Origin: Anthoceros angustus
Taxonomy: Eukaryota; Plantae; Anthocerotophyta
Assembly (NCBI GenBank): GCA_010909165.1
Contig: MU008164.1
Span: 558,001-622,000 of the forward strand
Length of the DNA: 64,000 nucleotides
Reading direction: 5' to 3'
The position numbers and the translations under genes were made by a program. How positions within the stretch are numbered: the stretch's first letter is position 1; the number at the start of each line of letters is the position of its first letter. This document shows, in pieces, positions 59,691 to 64,000 of this stretch. Under the pieces are notes generated by a model. It was given only the letters and a program-made list of their open reading frames with translations. It had not been told where the DNA came from and did no database searches.

Positions 59691-62663
59691 TTTCCATGCA
59701 TTTTAGAATTCTCATACAAAAGACTTGCTCCACTTTCTCCGATACTAGTACAAATGGCTCATCCTCCAACTTATCATTGGATAACATGACATCGTTAACC
59801 ATGAACATACGAGATGTATCTGTTTTGATGGTGTGTGCTCTTTGTTCCATTGAGCCTTGAACCATCTCACCTTCAACACATTTACTTTTTAGACGGCCTA
59901 AGTCCACCTCCAAAATCTTTTCCACCTTTCCAGATAGGGAAAATCTGCTATAATAGGTTCGGTGTCCCGCGATGTGAAACACATGCTTGGCTATATAGAT
60001 GTTTTATAATGCTATCACATGTATTCTTTCCCTATCGCATCTATAGTCCTTATATGATTTCCATATGCCCACATCATTTTATATGATCGCACCGAGGAGG
60101 TCCTCGCACAATTGCGTCACATCCAACCCATAGGTTTGTACCGCATTTCCCCTTTCACTTTAACTTCATCTATCAACCATTCGCAAAGGGCGTTGCTCGT
60201 CGTCTATACCGTCATACACTTTTCGCCATTTTTGAGTACAGTGAGTTTTCCACTAACACTTTCCTCATCTTGCATTTCCACATCATTCGTCATAATTTTG
60301 CCATTCCTTGCAATAACACCCCACATTGGGTGACATCATCTTGATTTCCACACTCTTGGTGCCTCTTCATGTGTATTTCCAAAGAACTCGAGCTATAAAA
60401 CATTATCTCTTGTGCTAAGTATCCTAAAGCCATGCTACCTTCGTCGGGCTTTCATCGAACAAGTCCCTTTAACACTTTCATGTGCCTTTCTAAGAAATAC
60501 ATCCATCGATATCGAGTTGGTCCACATAATTCAACCTCCGCACAAGATGAACAACAACATGTACTTGACTTGTCGAAAAGTCGTTGGAAATTCCCTCTCA
60601 ACACACACATGATCTCCACACTTTTCACCTTCATAGCTGGAATTTCATCCTTCGCAATTTCTTTTGAACAAAGCCACGAATAGCTCGGCAAGATCACATA
60701 TAGCCTTGTGAACATCATGATGTATTAATCCTTTCAAGACAATTGGCCACAAATCCGTTAATGATGGTGATGATCATGAGACTTTAACCCAGAAATTCCC
60801 TCTTCTCTCCCTTTAGAAAACAACGCTCAAATTTGACCCAGAGTACGTATGCTGCAAATCCTTGTTCTCAATTTTTCCTCTGCATTAGCATACATTCGCC
60901 TCTTTTGCGCCATGTCCAAGAACCGGTCTTGGTGTCGTTATAAATGTCCGGTCCCACAGGTTCGCAGTTTTTCGTTACCTTGCACCCCATTTACAATGTT
61001 TTGGCCTCTTTGTCTCCTTCCAGCGATGGCCTCGCATGGGGCCACCAATCTTGTTTGGTATTTGAATACTCAAGATCTCTCGACTACCAAGGGAATCTTG
61101 ATTCCCACATATGTGCCAAAATCATTGACTTACATTCTTTCCAATGTGCATGATATCAAATAAGTGTCGATCAACAATATCGCAACCACCAAATAGCATG
61201 ACTAAAAGTTAACCTTCATGAATAGCTATTAGTCTACCTACCGATGCTACCAATAATATAATTAAAATATTCTTGAAAAGGTAATACTTGCAAGACCCCA
61301 TATGCATGCATACATACCTCCCAGATGGAAGCTCCCGAAAATTGAAGGCTCTCGCTAGTAACACCCAGCTGTCTTCACCATTGTCTTTTGCATATTTCCG
61401 GTTAAAGCTTTCGATCATAATATCCTCCGGAGTTGGTGCATAGTCCGGATGAATAATTTCCATCTCACCTTTCCATTGAATGAATCCGCTCTTCCACTCT
61501 AAACTTGTGTTCCTCGTAAAATTTTCTAAAATTCTTATCATCGTCATTTGTTTGTGAACATTGACTTTCTTGCTTCTAATTTGTCCCAACATATTGGACA
61601 TGCCCGCTTCCCTTTTGTTTGCATTTTAGAAGTGAAAGAATATCCTGGATAATCATGCATCGTCCACAACAATAAGGCCTTCAATTTAAATTGTCTTTGA
61701 GCATTTCCAATAGCCATAGAAGCATCTTGTACGACCACACCTTCCTCCCACGGTACCTTCAACTCTTGATGAGTGGTTGAAAATATATATCTGCATCTTT
61801 ACTTGCTTGGACCGGGAATAATCATTGACAACAATATATGCCCATTCTTGATAGATAACCAAGGAGGCGTTATAATTGACAAGAAGCACAGCCATATAGA
61901 ATACCTAGAACTTTGGTGCCCAAAGGATTAATCCCATCCGTAGCAAGTCCTAATCGAATGTTGCGTCTCCTTAGCAAACTCGATAAGTGTTGTCCACATG
62001 TTCCCATGCATAGCTATCGATGGGACCCGCATAATCCCATCATTAGACTTATTTGTGGCGTGCCATGACATCATACTTGCTAGCTCGGACATCTAAACAT
62101 TTGTTTCAATCTAGGAATCAATGGAAAATATCAAGTAGCTTAACGGTACACACTCGTTCTTCGTGTCAATTCGATACCTATGTTTCCACACATCTTGCGA
62201 ATAGCAATTAAAACTCGCCTAAGATACAATCATCTTGACAAGCATGTATGGATGTATATGTTAGGCCAAACCCTTAAGCATCTTTTTAATTTCAGCCCTA
62301 CTTTTGGCAACTTGTTGCCAGGAAACCTAATTTGCCTAGTAATGATAAAATTGAATTCAAAGATGCATCCGACCAGCCATGCCTCCTTTGGATGTTCAAT
62401 AACAATAAAATGAATGCCAATAAACTTATCTTGGCTCCAACCCATAGAGGTGTAGTTGCTGCGATGTGCATCGTCTTTAATTCCTCAGGCAAGGAATCGA
62501 CCTGTTCTTTAGTCATTTCTGCGATGCCAGAAACCCCACCAAGTGCCTCCACCAACTCTACGGTCACTTGTTCGTCGGGATGAATGTTGACATGTTCTTC
62601 ATCAACCTCAAAATGATCATCAACCTCAATAAAATCTTGTTCCTCTTCAATCTGATTATTCAA
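59650..62663 (-). pseudogene. Second CACTA Tnp2-type transposase (different family, AT-rich), heavily frameshifted as assembled
   Basis: IAATTPLW...LL.IQ..HGWSD, NIRLGLATDG.NP, LLWTMHDYPG...C PIC, GLKSHDHH, CGPTRYRWMYFLERHMKVLKGLVR, GKVEKILEVD...DEPFVL. Confidence 0.88.
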
Positions 62664-62904
62664 TCACACGCACAAAATAAATATCAAATAATTATATAAA
62701 ATATTGTAGTACTATATAGAATAAATTATATTATAATTTAATAACTTTAGTATAACCACTATTATTAAGGAAATATTGAACAACATGCAAAACTAAAAGG
62801 TTAAGAAGTCAAGTGATGATATATAATTGTTTTGTTGCGATATAGTCAATATACACAAGGTACAAGACCCTCAACATCAACTCTTCTACATCCTACAACA
62901 AAAA

Positions 62905-63827
62905 CTATTCCACATCCTCGTGCATCAACTTTGCCTTCAATTTCTTCCACTCCATCATGTAATTTAATGTGTCTATGTACTCTTCCCACGGCCTTCCTTT
63001 TGGCTTCAAATGGTTCGGGTTATACCAATTGTAATCAACAAACAACTCTTCCCAGCATTAATGGTCCTCACGCCCAAGTGCAAATCCAATCAAGATGGTC
63101 GTCACTTAGTAGCTCATGCCCATCCGACCTTTCTTCCCATATGCAATTTTGCTTGATTGCGATATTTCCACTACTACTATTCATATATCCGCCACATTCC
63201 CCATATGCAACATGCCCATCGAGGTACTCAATTGGGCCATCATTAACATCTTTACGCGAGTCTATTGAAAGTCAATGCATACTTAAAATCGGTAACTGTT
63301 GTAGTTCACTATCTTGTTATATTCTCCCTGTATACTTTGGACCCCAAACACAAACAAAGGAACTCCATTCACATTATCTTTTCTCACTACGATTTTCTCC
63401 ATGGAAAATAAACCCAACCCCATGGCTGGGTTTGTTGCCTCCTTCACTATCCACCTTCGCCCCAATATAGAAATGACTTGTTAATAGGAATAGGTCCCTT
63501 CTCCCACATTCCCCATTCTCTAGGGTACACGCCTTTCAAAAGATGCTTGTATAAAACAATAGCATCATGAGACTTTGGATCTTCCCCTCTTTTGGATGAT
63601 AAGGAGGTGCAATAAAGGGTCCATGTCCCGCCCTTTCCATCCAAAGGTTTTCCTACACCGCATAAAGCCATGTGTCCACTCCTCGTTACGTACTTGTTAT
63701 AACATGCAAACTCAAACTCCTTCCAACTATAAAAAAACAACCATAATTACACATATGAATAATTAAACTACCTTTAATATAACAAGAGAAACATACTTAC
63801 CACAATTAGTATGCCACATCAATTATT
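62905..63827 (-). pseudogene. SET-domain (lysine methyltransferase-like) coding region, spliced, frameshifted as assembled; 5' end runs off the window
   Basis: Manual translation: VKEATNPAMGLGLFSMEKI (motif I, ~63402-63450), PLFVF-GPKY, YLDG...GECGGYMNSS...NC.W (motif III, ~63173-63193), WA-VRTINAG-EELFVDYNW (motif IV, ~63025-63075), stop at 62905-62907. Apparent intron 63800-63727 (GTAAGT...TTTTTTTATAG) and a further donor GTGAGT near 63944. Confidence 0.8.
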
Positions 63828-64000
63828 CTATAGATAATATTATATAATTGCTTTATTATTGTATTTTCTAGCATAGAAGAAAAGGGCTCCATAATTACTT
63901 CATTAGTTTATTTCCTAGCATAGAAGAAAAGGATTGCAACTCACGGTTGTGGCTACGGGTGGTTCTCCTTGTTCGCTATTTCTTCTCCTCCTCTCTCCTC

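Noticed and set aside
62832-63470. 212-aa plus-strand ORF
   Set aside because: Antisense to the SET motifs, Ser/Pro/Thr-rich and non-ATG start; the minus strand carries the conserved signal.
1-64000. tRNA/rRNA genes and prokaryotic operons
   Set aside because: None recognised; spliceosomal introns and plant TEs show eukaryotic nuclear DNA.

Overview
Eukaryotic nuclear DNA from a land plant. Short GT-AG introns (about 80-190 bp), GC-rich exons and PLS-type PPR debris suggest a seed-free plant such as a hornwort or lycophyte (inference). There are three intact host genes: an 8-exon TBC/Rab-GAP gene (2851-4693, +), an intronless chloroplast S1-S1-EF-Ts-EF-Ts polyprotein gene (4853-7615, -) and a 3-exon psbQ (29074-30040, +). 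The rest is nested transposon and repeat DNA. It includes a captured plastidic G6PDH fragment, a remnant of a restriction-like-endonuclease (CRE-type) non-LTR element, and an inverted pair of retrotransposon accessory ORFs. A three-LTR Ty1/copia element with a CTTTC target-site duplication carries two psbQ-locus fragments in its second unit. A complete 8.5-kb CACTA element (ATT TSD) carries an intact antisense orphan ORF. There is also a tandemly amplified PPR-fragment unit and a second, frameshifted CACTA transposase. The best candidate for a new system is a spliced SET-domain (lysine methyltransferase-like) coding region about 240 bp upstream of, and co-oriented with, that second CACTA transposase. 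The ORF track does not show it because frameshifts split it. Many frameshifts and copy-to-copy differences in the TE DNA fall at CAG/CTG or homopolymers, so some pseudogenisation and some tandem duplications may be long-read consensus artefacts.
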